Shown piece after piece: positions 51,107 to 61,001 of a stretch of 64,000 nucleotides of DNA. Every line of letters begins with the position of its first letter. Position 1 is the first letter of the stretch. The position numbers were made by a program, and so were the translations under genes. Below the pieces are notes generated by a model. It ran no database searches, had not been told where the DNA came from, and was given only the letters and a program-made list of their open reading frames with translations. The stretch is from NCBI GenBank assembly GCA_902604835.1, contig CACKZW010000002.1, positions 17,515 through 81,514 on the forward strand, written 5' to 3'. The DNA is from an uncultured Candidatus Actinomarina sp. (GTDB lineage: Bacteria; Actinomycetota; Acidimicrobiia; Actinomarinales; Actinomarinaceae).

Positions 51107-51648
51107 CGGATATCACTATTTTTCTTGGACCACCTGGTGCAGGAAAAGGGACTCAAGCTGAAAAAATATCTGAAAAATTTAACATACCTCACATCTCTAC
51201 TGGTGTGATGCTTAGAGAACATGTTGAGAACGAGACAGAATTGGGCCTTGTTGCTAAAGAAATATTGAATAAAGGAAATCTTGTTTCTGATGAGCTAGTT
51301 ACTTCTATGCTTATTGAAAGATTAGAAAATGATGATTGTGAAATAGGTGCAATTTTAGATGGTTTCCCTAGAACAATTGCCCAAGCTGAAAGTCTTAATA
51401 TCGAAGGCTTGAATATAAAAACTGTCATTTTATTTGAAGTAAATGAAACTGAGTTAATAAAACGAATGGTTGAAAGAGGCAGAGAAGACGACACAGAAGA
51501 GTCAATAAAGGTTAGGTTAGATGTGTATCGAGATGAAACATTACCTTTAATAAAATTTTATGATGATAAAGATGTACTTAAAACTGTTGATGCATTTGGA
51601 GATATAGATGAAATTTTCAACCATATCTCAGGTCATATGAAAACATGA
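51103..51648 (+). CDS. adk: Adenylate kinase, short LID-less form
   Basis: GPPGAGKGTQA, HISTG, LDGFPR, RGREDD. Confidence 0.98.
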   Translation: MTDITIFLGPPGAGKGTQAEKISEKFNIPHISTGVMLREHVENETELGLVAKEILNKGNLVSDELVTSMLIERLENDDCEIGAILDGFPRTIAQAESLNIEGLNIKTVILFEVNETELIKRMVERGREDDTEESIKVRLDVYRDETLPLIKFYDDKDVLKTVDAFGDIDEIFNHISGHMKT

Positions 51649-52391
51649 TTACATACAAATCAAATGATGATTTTATGAATATGAAAAAAGCAGGAAAAAT
51701 AGTGTCCACTATTCATTCTGAACTTGAGAATATGTCTTCACCTGGAACAAGGATAGAAGAGCTAGACAAAAAGGCAGAAGAGATAATTACTAAATCTAAC
51801 TCTATTTCTAACTTTTTCAATTACAGAGGATTTCCATCATATATATGTGCTTCTGTTAATGATGTTGTTGTACATGGGATACCAAAAAATTTTGTTATAG
51901 AAGAAGGTGATATTTTATCTATTGATGTTGGCTGTATAGTAAACGGTTATCATGCGGATGCTGCATTAACTTATGGAGTTGGAGAAATTTCTGACGAGGA
52001 TCAAAAATTAATTGATGTTACCAAGAAAGCACTTTATGAAGGAATAAAGCTTGTTAAGGATGGACAAAAACTTGGAACAATCGGAAATAAAATTGAAAAA
52101 ATAGGAAATAAAAATTCTTATGGTGTTGTTAGAGAATATGTTGGTCACGGCATTGGGCTCTCGATGCATGAAGATCCACAAGTACCAAATTATGGTATCA
52201 AAAATAAAGGATTTACTTTAAAAACAGGTATGGCAATTTGCATAGAGCCTATGTTTAATCTTGGTTCGGCAGAAACAAAAGTTGACCCCGATGGCTGGAC
52301 TGTGAGGACAGTTGATGGAAAAAAATCTGCACACTGGGAGCATACAATAGGAATAATGGAGGATGAAGTATGTATTTTTACAGAAAGGTAA
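51645..52391 (+). CDS. map: Methionine aminopeptidase type I
   Basis: VVHGIP, SIDVG, HADAA, GHGIG, IEPM, HWEHT. Confidence 0.97.
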   Translation: MITYKSNDDFMNMKKAGKIVSTIHSELENMSSPGTRIEELDKKAEEIITKSNSISNFFNYRGFPSYICASVNDVVVHGIPKNFVIEEGDILSIDVGCIVNGYHADAALTYGVGEISDEDQKLIDVTKKALYEGIKLVKDGQKLGTIGNKIEKIGNKNSYGVVREYVGHGIGLSMHEDPQVPNYGIKNKGFTLKTGMAICIEPMFNLGSAETKVDPDGWTVRTVDGKKSAHWEHTIGIMEDEVCIFTER

Positions 52392-52462
52392 ATTTACGAA
52401 AAATGTTGGTAATACTTTATAATCTGACTAATCTAGTAAATCGGTCTTAAAATCGGGTCATT

Positions 52463-52687
52463 TTGGTAGAAAAAGAAAAAAATATAATTAAAGTCCAAGG
52501 GACTGTTAAAGAAACTCTTCCAAATGCCTCATTTAAGGTTGAACTTGAAAGTGGAGCTGAAATTTTAGCTCATGTGTCTGGGAAAATGAGAATGAGGTAC
52601 ATTCGTATTTTGCCCGGAGATGTAGTTGAAATGGAAGTTTCACCATATGATCCCACAAGAGGTAGGATTACTTGGAGACATAAATGA
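52463..52687 (+). CDS. infA: Translation initiation factor IF-1
   Basis: LPNA.F.V.L, SGKMR...IRILPGD.V; TATAAT at 52418-52423 upstream. Confidence 0.98.
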   Translation: MVEKEKNIIKVQGTVKETLPNASFKVELESGAEILAHVSGKMRMRYIRILPGDVVEMEVSPYDPTRGRITWRHK

Positions 52688-52800
52688 AAGTAAAAGCAAG
52701 TGTTAAAAAAAGAGGTCCTAACGACCAAATAGTACGTCGAAAAGGAAAGCTTTATGTTATCAATAAAAGAAACCCAAGACACAAACAGAGGCAAGGTTAA
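52684..52800 (+). CDS. rpmJ: 50S ribosomal protein L36, Cys-free form (absent from the ORF track)
   Basis: Manual translation [38 protein letters not shown]. Confidence 0.97.
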   Translation: MKVKASVKKRGPNDQIVRRKGKLYVINKRNPRHKQRQG

Positions 52801-52802
52801 GT

Positions 52803-53180
52803 TTGGCTAGAATTTCAGGTATTGATATACCAAGAGAAAAAAGGGTGATTGCATCACTTAGATACATACATGGTGTTGGCGCAAAGAGAGCAGAAGATAT
52901 CTGTAATGACTTAGAAATAAATCCAGATACAAGAGTAAATAACCTCACTAATGATGAAGTTGCCAAGATTAGAAAATATATCGAATCAAATTTTAGAGTA
53001 GAAGGTGATCTTCGTAGAGATGTATCTCAAAATATACGAAGAAAGACTGAGATTGGAACTTACCAGGGTATGAGACATAGAACTGGACTTCCAGTCAGAG
53101 GACAACGAACTCATACAAATGCGAGAACAAGAAAAGGTCCAAGATTTGCAATTGCTGGTAAGAAGAAAGTAATGAAATAA
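52803..53180 (+). CDS. rpsM: 30S ribosomal protein S13
   Basis: [26 protein letters not shown]. Confidence 0.99.
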   Translation: MARISGIDIPREKRVIASLRYIHGVGAKRAEDICNDLEINPDTRVNNLTNDEVAKIRKYIESNFRVEGDLRRDVSQNIRRKTEIGTYQGMRHRTGLPVRGQRTHTNARTRKGPRFAIAGKKKVMK

Positions 53181-53563
53181 TGGCCGAGCAAAAATCAAAG
53201 AAAAAAAATAAAAAAAATATTCCTTCTGGAATTGCACATATTAAAGCAAGCTTCAACAATACAATTATCAATATATCTGACACTAACGGAGAAACAGTAG
53301 TTTGGACATCAGGGGGTTCAGTTGGATTTAAAGGCTCTAGAAAGTCCACCCCTTATGCTGCACAGGTTGCAGCCGAAGAAGCTGTTAGAAGAGCAACAGA
53401 ATTTGGAATCCATAAACTAGATATCATAATAAGTGGTACGGGTGCTGGAAGAGAAACAGCTGTAAGAACATTGCAAAATATGGGAATGGATGTTGGATCA
53501 ATTAAAGATATTACGCCAACCCCACACAATGGATGTCGCCCTAAGAAAAGGAGACGAAATTAA
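53180..53563 (+). CDS. rpsK: 30S ribosomal protein S11
   Basis: [27 protein letters not shown]. Confidence 0.99.
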   Translation: MAEQKSKKKNKKNIPSGIAHIKASFNNTIINISDTNGETVVWTSGGSVGFKGSRKSTPYAAQVAAEEAVRRATEFGIHKLDIIISGTGAGRETAVRTLQNMGMDVGSIKDITPTPHNGCRPKKRRRN

Positions 53564-54177
53564 TGGCTAGATATACTGGGCCAAGAGTTAGAGTCTCAAG
53601 AAGATTAGGCTTTAACGTATTTGAAAATAGAAAAGGCGATAAAGCTCTTCAAGACAGACCATACCCACCAGGGGAAAATGGTAAGAAAAGAATGAGAGAG
53701 ACTGATTACGGAACTCAATTAAAAGAGAAACAAAAAGTCCGATATATGTATGGAGTTCTTGAAAAGCAATTTAGAAATTATTACAAAGAAGCAACAAGGA
53801 TGCCAGGCATAACCGGAGAAAATCTTCTTGTTTTGCTTGAATCAAGAATTGATAATGTTATTTATAGAGCAGGATTTGCTGCTACTAGGCCTCAGGCAAG
53901 ACAATTAGTTTCTCATAGACACTTCAAACTTAATGGAAAATTAATTGATATCCCTTCCATACAAATAAAGCCTGGAGATAAAATTGAACTTAAAGATCAA
54001 AGTAGTGACCTCATTGTAATCCAACATACTTTAGATACGGGACAAGATAGAGAAGATGCATCATGGTTAAAAGTAGATGAAAAGAAAAAAAATATTGAAG
54101 TTTTGAATCAGCCAACAAGAAATGACGCTAGTCAACAAATTGAAGAACAATTAATAGTAGAACTTTATTCTAAATAG
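53563..54177 (+). CDS. rpsD: 30S ribosomal protein S4
   Basis: ARYTGP, PYPPG, LESRIDNVIYRAG, ARQLVSH. Confidence 0.99.
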   Translation: MARYTGPRVRVSRRLGFNVFENRKGDKALQDRPYPPGENGKKRMRETDYGTQLKEKQKVRYMYGVLEKQFRNYYKEATRMPGITGENLLVLLESRIDNVIYRAGFAATRPQARQLVSHRHFKLNGKLIDIPSIQIKPGDKIELKDQSSDLIVIQHTLDTGQDREDASWLKVDEKKKNIEVLNQPTRNDASQQIEEQLIVELYSK

Positions 54178-54197
54178 AATATAAGAAAGGAAAACAC

Positions 54198-55157
54198 GTG
54201 TTAATTTTACAAAGGCCAGAAATATCTCAGGAAAATCTTGATAAGTCAAGAGCAAGTTTTACAATCGAACCACTTGAAACTGGATTTGGTTTGACCTTAG
54301 GTAATACAATGAGAAGGGCTTTACTTTCTCGAGTACCTGGGGTTGCAGTTACAGGAGTAAAAATTGATGGAGTAAATCATGAGTTCACATCAGTACCTGG
54401 TGTAGTTGAAGATGTATTAGATGTACTGCTGAACCTTAAACGCTTAGTTCTTAAAGTTGATGATCAAGAAAGTCATACATTAACAGTTAAGGCTAAAGGA
54501 CCGGGTGAAGTTAATGCAGCACAAATTCAATGTCCTGCAGGTGTAGAAGTTGTAAATACAGATCTGAAAATTTGTACTTTATCAAATGATTCAACACTAG
54601 ACATGGAAGTTTCGATAGCTCATGGAGTAGGGTATCGCTTGGCAGATAAGAACAAAACTAGTGATTCAAGTTTTATACCTATTGATTCTATGTTCTCTCC
54701 AGTAGTCAAAGTCAGTTATGCAGTTTCTCCAACACAAGTTGGTCAGGTCACAAACTATGATAAATTGATTCTTGATGTTGAAACTGATGGATCCATTGAG
54801 CCAAGTGAAGCAATATCTTCAGTAGGAAAAACTCTTGGAGAACTGTGGAAGCTATTTGCAGATATTGATGAGGGAATTGGTCTTGAATTAGGAGAATTAA
54901 CTATTTCAGAAGGAAGTTCCCCAGACCTTTCATTGTCTGTAGACGCTCTTGATTTATCGGAAAGACCAAGAAATTGTCTCGGAAGAGAAAATATAACAAC
55001 TGTTGGACAAATTCTTGAATACACAGAAGACGATTTGCTCAATCTAACAAACTTTGGTCAAAAAAGCTTAGACGAGCTAGTTGCAAAATTAGATGAGCTT
55101 GGCCTCAGCTTACCAACTAGTTCAGACTTGAATTCGGAAGAAAATTCAGATGCCTAG
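54198..55157 (+). CDS. rpoA: RNA polymerase alpha subunit
   Basis: EPLE.GFG.TLGN.MRR, HEFTSVPGV.ED, DSMFSPV, NFGQKSL.E. Confidence 0.99.
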   Translation: MLILQRPEISQENLDKSRASFTIEPLETGFGLTLGNTMRRALLSRVPGVAVTGVKIDGVNHEFTSVPGVVEDVLDVLLNLKRLVLKVDDQESHTLTVKAKGPGEVNAAQIQCPAGVEVVNTDLKICTLSNDSTLDMEVSIAHGVGYRLADKNKTSDSSFIPIDSMFSPVVKVSYAVSPTQVGQVTNYDKLILDVETDGSIEPSEAISSVGKTLGELWKLFADIDEGIGLELGELTISEGSSPDLSLSVDALDLSERPRNCLGRENITTVGQILEYTEDDLLNLTNFGQKSLDELVAKLDELGLSLPTSSDLNSEENSDA

Positions 55158-55500
55158 ACCAAGAAAAGGAAAACTTCTTGGAGGATCTTCATCTCATGAG
55201 GATCAGATTATAGGTAATTTAATTGCTTCTCTAATTCAATTCGAAAAGATTGAAACTACATTAACCAAAGCTAAAGTTACTAAACCCTATGTTGATAAAG
55301 TAATTACTAAAGCAAAAAAAGGCTCACTTCATGATAGAAGACAAGTTTTAAAATTTATACAAAATAAAGCAGTCGTAGCAAAGCTCTTTGATGAGTTGGG
55401 TCCAAAATATCAAGATAGAGATGGTGGATATACCCGAATAACTAGAACAAGTTATAGAAAAGGTGATGGAGCTGAGCTAGCTGTACTAGAGTTAGTTTAA
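55150..55500 (+). CDS. rplQ: 50S ribosomal protein L17
   Basis: IETTLTKAK, RDGGYTRI, RKGDGAE. Confidence 0.98.
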   Translation: MPRPRKGKLLGGSSSHEDQIIGNLIASLIQFEKIETTLTKAKVTKPYVDKVITKAKKGSLHDRRQVLKFIQNKAVVAKLFDELGPKYQDRDGGYTRITRTSYRKGDGAELAVLELV

Positions 55501-55501
55501 T

Positions 55502-56050
55502 TTGAATACATTAAAAGATGTTTGGAGACAATTCAAACTTTTCATAAGATTTGACTCTGAAACAATACTAAAAATTACCCAAGACAGATATGAGACAGGC
55601 AATGCCTTTTTAATTGTTACATTTAGTTTATTTGCTATTTATATTCCACTTTTATTTAGTTCAAATATAAATAATATTTTTGATTTAATTTTTTTTGGAG
55701 TTTTAGATGGTACATTTTCATGGGTATTTTCAAGCCTTGTTATGTGGTTTGCACTCGGCAGAGTATTTAAAGAAAATGTAGATTTAAATTCAATAATTAC
55801 AATTACGGGTTACTCCCATGGATTAGTTGGATTTGTCTCGATTTGGTTTTTCTTACAAAACTCTTTCATGAATTTTGGAGATAGAGTTAACCAAGTCTTT
55901 ATATTGCTTCTTATCTTTTGGATTTATAATGCTGTTGCAAAATCACTTGAACTTGGTTTTTTTATGGAAAAGAGAAATACAAAACTTTCTTCTGCCATTT
56001 TTATATTTATTTTATTTTGGACGTCAGACCCATTAAAAATAATAATATAA
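55502..56050 (+). CDS. Yip1-like multi-pass membrane protein
   Basis: RFD.....I..DR..TGNA..IV N-terminus and ~5 TM segments; family call from memory only. Confidence 0.6.
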   Translation: MNTLKDVWRQFKLFIRFDSETILKITQDRYETGNAFLIVTFSLFAIYIPLLFSSNINNIFDLIFFGVLDGTFSWVFSSLVMWFALGRVFKENVDLNSIITITGYSHGLVGFVSIWFFLQNSFMNFGDRVNQVFILLLIFWIYNAVAKSLELGFFMEKRNTKLSSAIFIFILFWTSDPLKIII

Positions 56051-56051
56051 A

Positions 56052-56777
56052 TTGCTTTCTTATAAATTAGATATCTCTTACGATGGAACCAATTTTCATG
56101 GTTTCCAAAAACAAATCAACAACAGAACAATTCAAGGAGAAATAGAAAAAATTTTATATAAATTATTAAAAGATTATGATCTAACATATTCTGGTAGGAC
56201 TGACGCAGGTGTTCATGCCAAGTCCCAAATACTTTGTTTAAAAGTCAATAAACTACTAAATGATAATTTTATGAATTCTTTTAATTCTTTAATTTCTAGT
56301 GAGATAAAAGTTAATAAAATTCTTAAAGTAAGTAAAGAATTTAATCCTAGACATGATGCAAAGTCAAGAGTGTACAAATACTTTATCTTAAATAAAACAA
56401 AAGATTTACCATTCTCAGAAAATCAAGTTTACTTTATTAATAAAAAATTAGATTTAGGTTATTTAAATCGTATTTCAAAAATATTTTTAGGAAATAATAA
56501 TTTCAAAAATTTTTCAAAACTAAGACCTGGCCAATCTCCCGAACGGTACATCAAAGTTAGTAAATGGACTTATCAAAATTCAAAGTATATATACACAGTT
56601 GAAGGTAATTCTTTTCTTCACAATATGGTGAAGTCAATAGTAGGTTCTCAGTTGGCAGTAATTGATAAAAAGATAAGTATCGAAGATTTAAAATTATCTT
56701 TAAAGAATCCATCTGAAACTCGACATCGATTTATGGTTCCAAGTAGTGGTTTATATTTATGGAAAATCAAATACTAG
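56052..56777 (+). CDS. truA: tRNA pseudouridine(38-40) synthase
   Basis: YDGTNFHGFQ, SGRTDAGVHA, GNSFLHNMV, GLYL. Confidence 0.96.
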   Translation: MLSYKLDISYDGTNFHGFQKQINNRTIQGEIEKILYKLLKDYDLTYSGRTDAGVHAKSQILCLKVNKLLNDNFMNSFNSLISSEIKVNKILKVSKEFNPRHDAKSRVYKYFILNKTKDLPFSENQVYFINKKLDLGYLNRISKIFLGNNNFKNFSKLRPGQSPERYIKVSKWTYQNSKYIYTVEGNSFLHNMVKSIVGSQLAVIDKKISIEDLKLSLKNPSETRHRFMVPSSGLYLWKIKY

Positions 56778-56835
56778 TCTCCATAAATATAAATACAATT
56801 TATACTTAAGTTTCGTTACGATTCTTTAAGGTTTT

Positions 56836-57291
56836 ATGAGTACAAAAACGACATTTGATGGAGTAGATTCTTCTGAGCGAAACTGGCATTTAGTCGACGC
56901 TAGTGGCTTACCTGTAGGCAGATTGGCTAGCGAAATAGCACAAATTTTAAGAGGAAAACATAAACCGAAGTTTGCACCTCATCTAGATGTTGGTGATTAT
57001 GTTATCGTAATAAATGCCTCAAAAATACAAGCAACATCAAAAAAACCAGAACAAAAAATGTATTATGACCACTCAGGTTATCCAGGCGGATTAAGAGAAG
57101 AGTCGTTTAATTCATTAAAAAAGAGAAAACCTGAAAAAATAATTGAAAGAGCCGTATGGGGGATGCTTCCAAAAAACAGATTAGGAAGGTCAATATTAAA
57201 AAAATTGTATGTTTATAGAGATGATAATCATCCACACGGTGCACAAAATCCATCAGAATTAAGTTTTGACATCAAGAAAGTAGTTGAATAG
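56836..57291 (+). CDS. rplM: 50S ribosomal protein L13
   Basis: GRLASEIA..LRGKHKP, HSGYPGGL, GMLPKN.LGR; TATACT at 56811-56816 upstream. Confidence 0.99.
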   Translation: MSTKTTFDGVDSSERNWHLVDASGLPVGRLASEIAQILRGKHKPKFAPHLDVGDYVIVINASKIQATSKKPEQKMYYDHSGYPGGLREESFNSLKKRKPEKIIERAVWGMLPKNRLGRSILKKLYVYRDDNHPHGAQNPSELSFDIKKVVE

Positions 57292-57293
57292 TA

Positions 57294-57683
57294 ATGAGTG
57301 AAACAATAGTAGCAACTGGACGAAGGAAAACATCAGTAGCAAGAGTTATGTTGAGTGAAGGGGATGGTTCCTTTGAGTTTAATGGTAAAACCCTCGAAGA
57401 TTACTTTCCTAGTCCTTCAATGCGAATGACCATAAACAAACCATTTAACATCGTTGGAATGGAAAAGCAATTTAATCTGAAGGTGAATTTAAATGGAAGT
57501 GGACTTTCTGCTCAAGCAGATGCTGTTGCCTTAGGCATTTCTAGAGCATTGATACAATTCGATCCTGAACTCAGGCCAAAACTTAAAAAGGCAGGACTCT
57601 TAACTAGGGATGCTCGAAAAGTTGAAAGAAAAAAATACGGCCTAAAGAAAGCCCGAAGAGCAGAGCAATTTACTAAAAGATAA
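57294..57683 (+). CDS. rpsI: 30S ribosomal protein S9
   Basis: TGRRKTSVARV, LTRDARKVERKKYG. Confidence 0.99.
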   Translation: MSETIVATGRRKTSVARVMLSEGDGSFEFNGKTLEDYFPSPSMRMTINKPFNIVGMEKQFNLKVNLNGSGLSAQADAVALGISRALIQFDPELRPKLKKAGLLTRDARKVERKKYGLKKARRAEQFTKR

Positions 57684-57690
57684 TAGTTCA

Positions 57691-58995
57691 TTGAAAAAAT
57701 ATTTTGGTACCGATGGTATTAGGGGTATCCCGAAAGAAACTTTATCTCAAGAGTTAATTTCTTCAATTTGTGCATCTGTTGAAATCTTAATTGATCCTAA
57801 AAGTGTCGCCATCATATCCGATACGAGAGAATCATCTGATGAAATTTTGAATTGGATTTCTTTAGGCTTTTCTGAAAATGTAAAGATATATAATCATGGC
57901 ATTCTTCCTTCGGGCTCAATGCCCATAATCTTGAAAAAGTTTGATTACGATCTGGGAATTATAATTTCTGCTTCACATAATCCAGCTAATTACAATGGAA
58001 TAAAATTAATTCAAAAAAATGGTTCAAAGCTTGATGATGATATCGAAATTCAAATTGAGAACAGACTAAATAGTCTTAAGTTGCCAACGAAAGGTTCGGA
58101 AATAATTAATCTTTCCGATGGGCATGATGAGTATTTACGATATTTACAGGAAATTACTGACATTAATTTTGATAATTTTGAAATAATAATTGATGCTGCA
58201 AATGGAGCTGCTTTTAGTGTTATAAAAGAATTATTAGATTCCAAAAATGCAAAATATCGAATTATAAATGACACTCCCAATGGTCTAAACATAAATGATA
58301 ATTGCGGAGCAACTTCTCCGGAAAATTTACAAAATGAGATAAAAAACAGGGAAATCGGTGCTTCTTTTGACGGTGACGCTGATAGATTGATAATGGTTGA
58401 TGAAGAGGGAAGAATTGTTAATGGGGATTTAATATTAACTCTTCTTGCTAAATATTTTTCTGAATTGAATAACCTAAAAAACAATATTGTTGTTAGTACC
58501 GTTATGTCTAATTACGGTTTTAAACAGGCTATGCAAAAATTTGATTTCGATCTTATCGAAACTCCTGTTGGAGATAAATATGTTGCAGAATCAATGAATA
58601 AATACGATGCCTCATTAGGAGGTGAGCAATCGGGCCATATAATAATTGCTAATTTACTACCTGTTGGAGATGGTCTTATTACTTTAATTATGGTTTTAAA
58701 AGCCCTCGAACACTTTGGAATGACACTTTGTGATTTTAAGAATGAAAATTTATATGAGTATCCACAGAAACTTACAAACATAGAGTTAACAAATAAATTA
58801 AACGATGAAGAAATAGAATACATAAATCAAATAGCACTTGATATGTCAATAAATAAAGATTTAGATGGCCGATATCTTATTCGAAATTCAGGTACCGAGC
58901 CATTATTAAGAGTATTAGTTGAGGCTAAAAGCGCCGAAGCAATGGAAGATTTTTCTGACGAACTGTTAACAAAGATTAATAAATACTTAAATTAG
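57691..58995 (+). CDS. glmM: Phosphoglucosamine mutase
   Basis: YFGTDGIRG, IISASHNP..YNGIK, FDGDADR, VGDKYV, GGEQSGH, RNSGTEP. Confidence 0.94.
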   Translation: MKKYFGTDGIRGIPKETLSQELISSICASVEILIDPKSVAIISDTRESSDEILNWISLGFSENVKIYNHGILPSGSMPIILKKFDYDLGIIISASHNPANYNGIKLIQKNGSKLDDDIEIQIENRLNSLKLPTKGSEIINLSDGHDEYLRYLQEITDINFDNFEIIIDAANGAAFSVIKELLDSKNAKYRIINDTPNGLNINDNCGATSPENLQNEIKNREIGASFDGDADRLIMVDEEGRIVNGDLILTLLAKYFSELNNLKNNIVVSTVMSNYGFKQAMQKFDFDLIETPVGDKYVAESMNKYDASLGGEQSGHIIIANLLPVGDGLITLIMVLKALEHFGMTLCDFKNENLYEYPQKLTNIELTNKLNDEEIEYINQIALDMSINKDLDGRYLIRNSGTEPLLRVLVEAKSAEAMEDFSDELLTKINKYLN

Positions 58996-59032
58996 TAAAA
59001 CTTAACGATATACTTTTCTTAACGAGCAATTT

Positions 59033-59166
59033 AGCGCCAGGCCTTTTACGAGGTGACGAGGAAGTATGTTATCGAAAAATTCGGCGGATGCATACTCGGC
59101 ACTGCAGTCGATATAAATTGTTAAAAACAGGAAGAAATTTCTGAACAGAGACAATTTAACGCAGTC
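59033..59166 (+). ncRNA. glmS ribozyme (GlcN6P-activated self-cleaving RNA)
   Basis: A/GCGCCAG-[GCCT..AGGT]-GACGAGG core; AGTATG/CATACT pairing around TTATCGAA..TTCGGCGGATG; P4 ACTGC/GCAGT and AAATTGT/ACAATTT; P4.1 CAGGAA-GAAA-TTTCTG; directly upstream of glmS; TATACT at 59009-59014. Confidence 0.92.
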
Positions 59167-59199
59167 TTTATTTTAACCCGCTCGTTGGAATGGAGAAAA

Positions 59200-60996
59200 A
59201 TGTGTGGAATAGTTGGGTATTCAGGCCCAAAAGAACCCTTACCAATCTTAATAAATGGATTGTCTAGATTAGAGTATCGAGGATACGACTCAGCAGGAAT
59301 TGCAATTTCAGATGGGAACAAAATAACCATTGAAAAAAAAGAAGGTAAACTCGACGTCTTAAAAGATCATCTTAAAAATAATCAAATGTCCGGAAACGTA
59401 GGCATTGGTCATACAAGATGGGCTACCCATGGAATACCAAATGATGTAAATGCTCATCCTCACTCGGATAACAATGAAGAATTTGCAATTATTCATAATG
59501 GGATAATTGAAAACTATGCAGAAATTAAAAAAGACCTTTTAAAGGAAGGATTTGAATTTAAGTCTGATACTGACACTGAGGTAGTCGCTATAGAGCTAAG
59601 CAGAAAATGGAGTGGGGAATTGCTTAAAACTGTAGTGGATGTTGCAAACTCTCTTGAAGGAACTTACGCTCTCCTAGTAACTACTACGAAAGAAGAAGGA
59701 ACTATCGTCGCTGGAAGATTAATGAGCCCATTAGTTTTAGGAGTTGGCGATGATGAAGTGTTTCTTGCGTCTGATTCGGCAGCAATACTAGAGCATACAA
59801 AAAAGATGATATTTCTTGAAAATGGTGATTTTGTAGAAATTAAAAATGGTAAATATAAGTTGTTTGACTCAGACTTAAATGAAATTGAAAGAGAGATCCA
59901 AGAAATAGACTGGGAGGTCTCTGAAGCAGAGAAATCAGGATATGACCATTTTATGTATAAAGAGATACTTGAACAGTCTGAAGTAATTGAAAGAACTATT
60001 TCGGGAAGGCTGGACACAAATTCTGATGATATTCCGATTTTGTCAGATCATGCATCTAAATTTGAAAAAATTTGGATAGTTGCATGCGGAACTGCTTATC
60101 ATGCAGGTTTATTTGGCAAAGATCTGTTTGAGAAAGTTCTTGGTGTACCAGTAAGTGTTGAGTTAGCTTCAGAGTTTAGATACAGGGAGCCGATTGTTGG
60201 GAAAAATGATTTAGGTATTGTAATTTCACAGTCTGGAGAAACAATGGATACAATTGCTGCGACAGAACTTCTTAAAGAAAATGGCTCACACGTACTAGCC
60301 CTAGTTAATGTTGTGGGAAGTTCATTGGCAAGAATGGCAGATAGTGTATTTTACTTACATGTTGGTCCAGAGATCGGTGTAGCCTCTACAAAAGCTTATT
60401 TAGGCATGCTTGTATCTCAATTAGTACTTGCTAAACATTGGGACTCTAAAAATAGATTGGAAGTATCTTTTGATGAGATTGCAGAACTTCCAAACCTTAT
60501 AGAAAAAACAATGGCTTGCGAAGATCAAATTAAAGAGATATCTGAAAAAATTTACAAAAAGAATGATATTTATTTTATTGGAAGAGGTTTGGATTATGCA
60601 TTGGCAGCTGAAGGTGCCTTAAAATTAAAAGAGATTTCATATCTGCATGCTGAAGCATTGGCAGCAGGAGAGCTTAAGCATGGTACGCTAGCTTTGATAG
60701 AAGAAGGAACCCCTGTAGTAGTTACTGCTAGTCAAAATCATCTGCTCGATAAGACAACTAGTAATGTGCAAGAGGTCATTGCAAGGGGTGCATATGTTAT
60801 TGCTATTGGAGACAGTGAGTCAGAAAAACTAGAAAATATATCAAATGATTATGTGACACTCCCAGATAGTAATGAAATACTCACTACTGTGATATCGATT
60901 ATACCTTTACAATTTATTGCTTATCATGTAGCAAATAAAAATGGCCAGTCGATTGATCAACCAAGAAACCTTGCGAAGTCAGTTACTGTAGAATAA
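59200..60996 (+). CDS. glmS: Glutamine-fructose-6-phosphate aminotransferase
   Basis: MCGIVG catalytic N-terminus, LEYRGYDSAG, HTRWATHG, SQSGET, PRNLAKSVTVE; start moved to the ATG at 59200. Confidence 0.99.
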   Translation: MCGIVGYSGPKEPLPILINGLSRLEYRGYDSAGIAISDGNKITIEKKEGKLDVLKDHLKNNQMSGNVGIGHTRWATHGIPNDVNAHPHSDNNEEFAIIHNGIIENYAEIKKDLLKEGFEFKSDTDTEVVAIELSRKWSGELLKTVVDVANSLEGTYALLVTTTKEEGTIVAGRLMSPLVLGVGDDEVFLASDSAAILEHTKKMIFLENGDFVEIKNGKYKLFDSDLNEIEREIQEIDWEVSEAEKSGYDHFMYKEILEQSEVIERTISGRLDTNSDDIPILSDHASKFEKIWIVACGTAYHAGLFGKDLFEKVLGVPVSVELASEFRYREPIVGKNDLGIVISQSGETMDTIAATELLKENGSHVLALVNVVGSSLARMADSVFYLHVGPEIGVASTKAYLGMLVSQLVLAKHWDSKNRLEVSFDEIAELPNLIEKTMACEDQIKEISEKIYKKNDIYFIGRGLDYALAAEGALKLKEISYLHAEALAAGELKHGTLALIEEGTPVVVTASQNHLLDKTTSNVQEVIARGAYVIAIGDSESEKLENISNDYVTLPDSNEILTTVISIIPLQFIAYHVANKNGQSIDQPRNLAKSVTVE

Positions 60997-61001
60997 ATAA
61001 C

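Noticed and set aside
51103-51648. Adenylate kinase lacks the Zn-binding LID
   Set aside because: Short LID-less Adk is ordinary in many Actinobacteria, so it was not counted as Zn loss.
53563-54177. S4 lacks Zn-finger cysteines
   Set aside because: This is the usual state for actinobacterial S4.
58964-58981. One-mismatch operator-like site TGTTAA-CAAAGA-TTAATA near the glmS promoter
   Set aside because: It lies inside the glmM coding sequence, and about one single-mismatch hit is expected by chance in 64 kb at this base composition.
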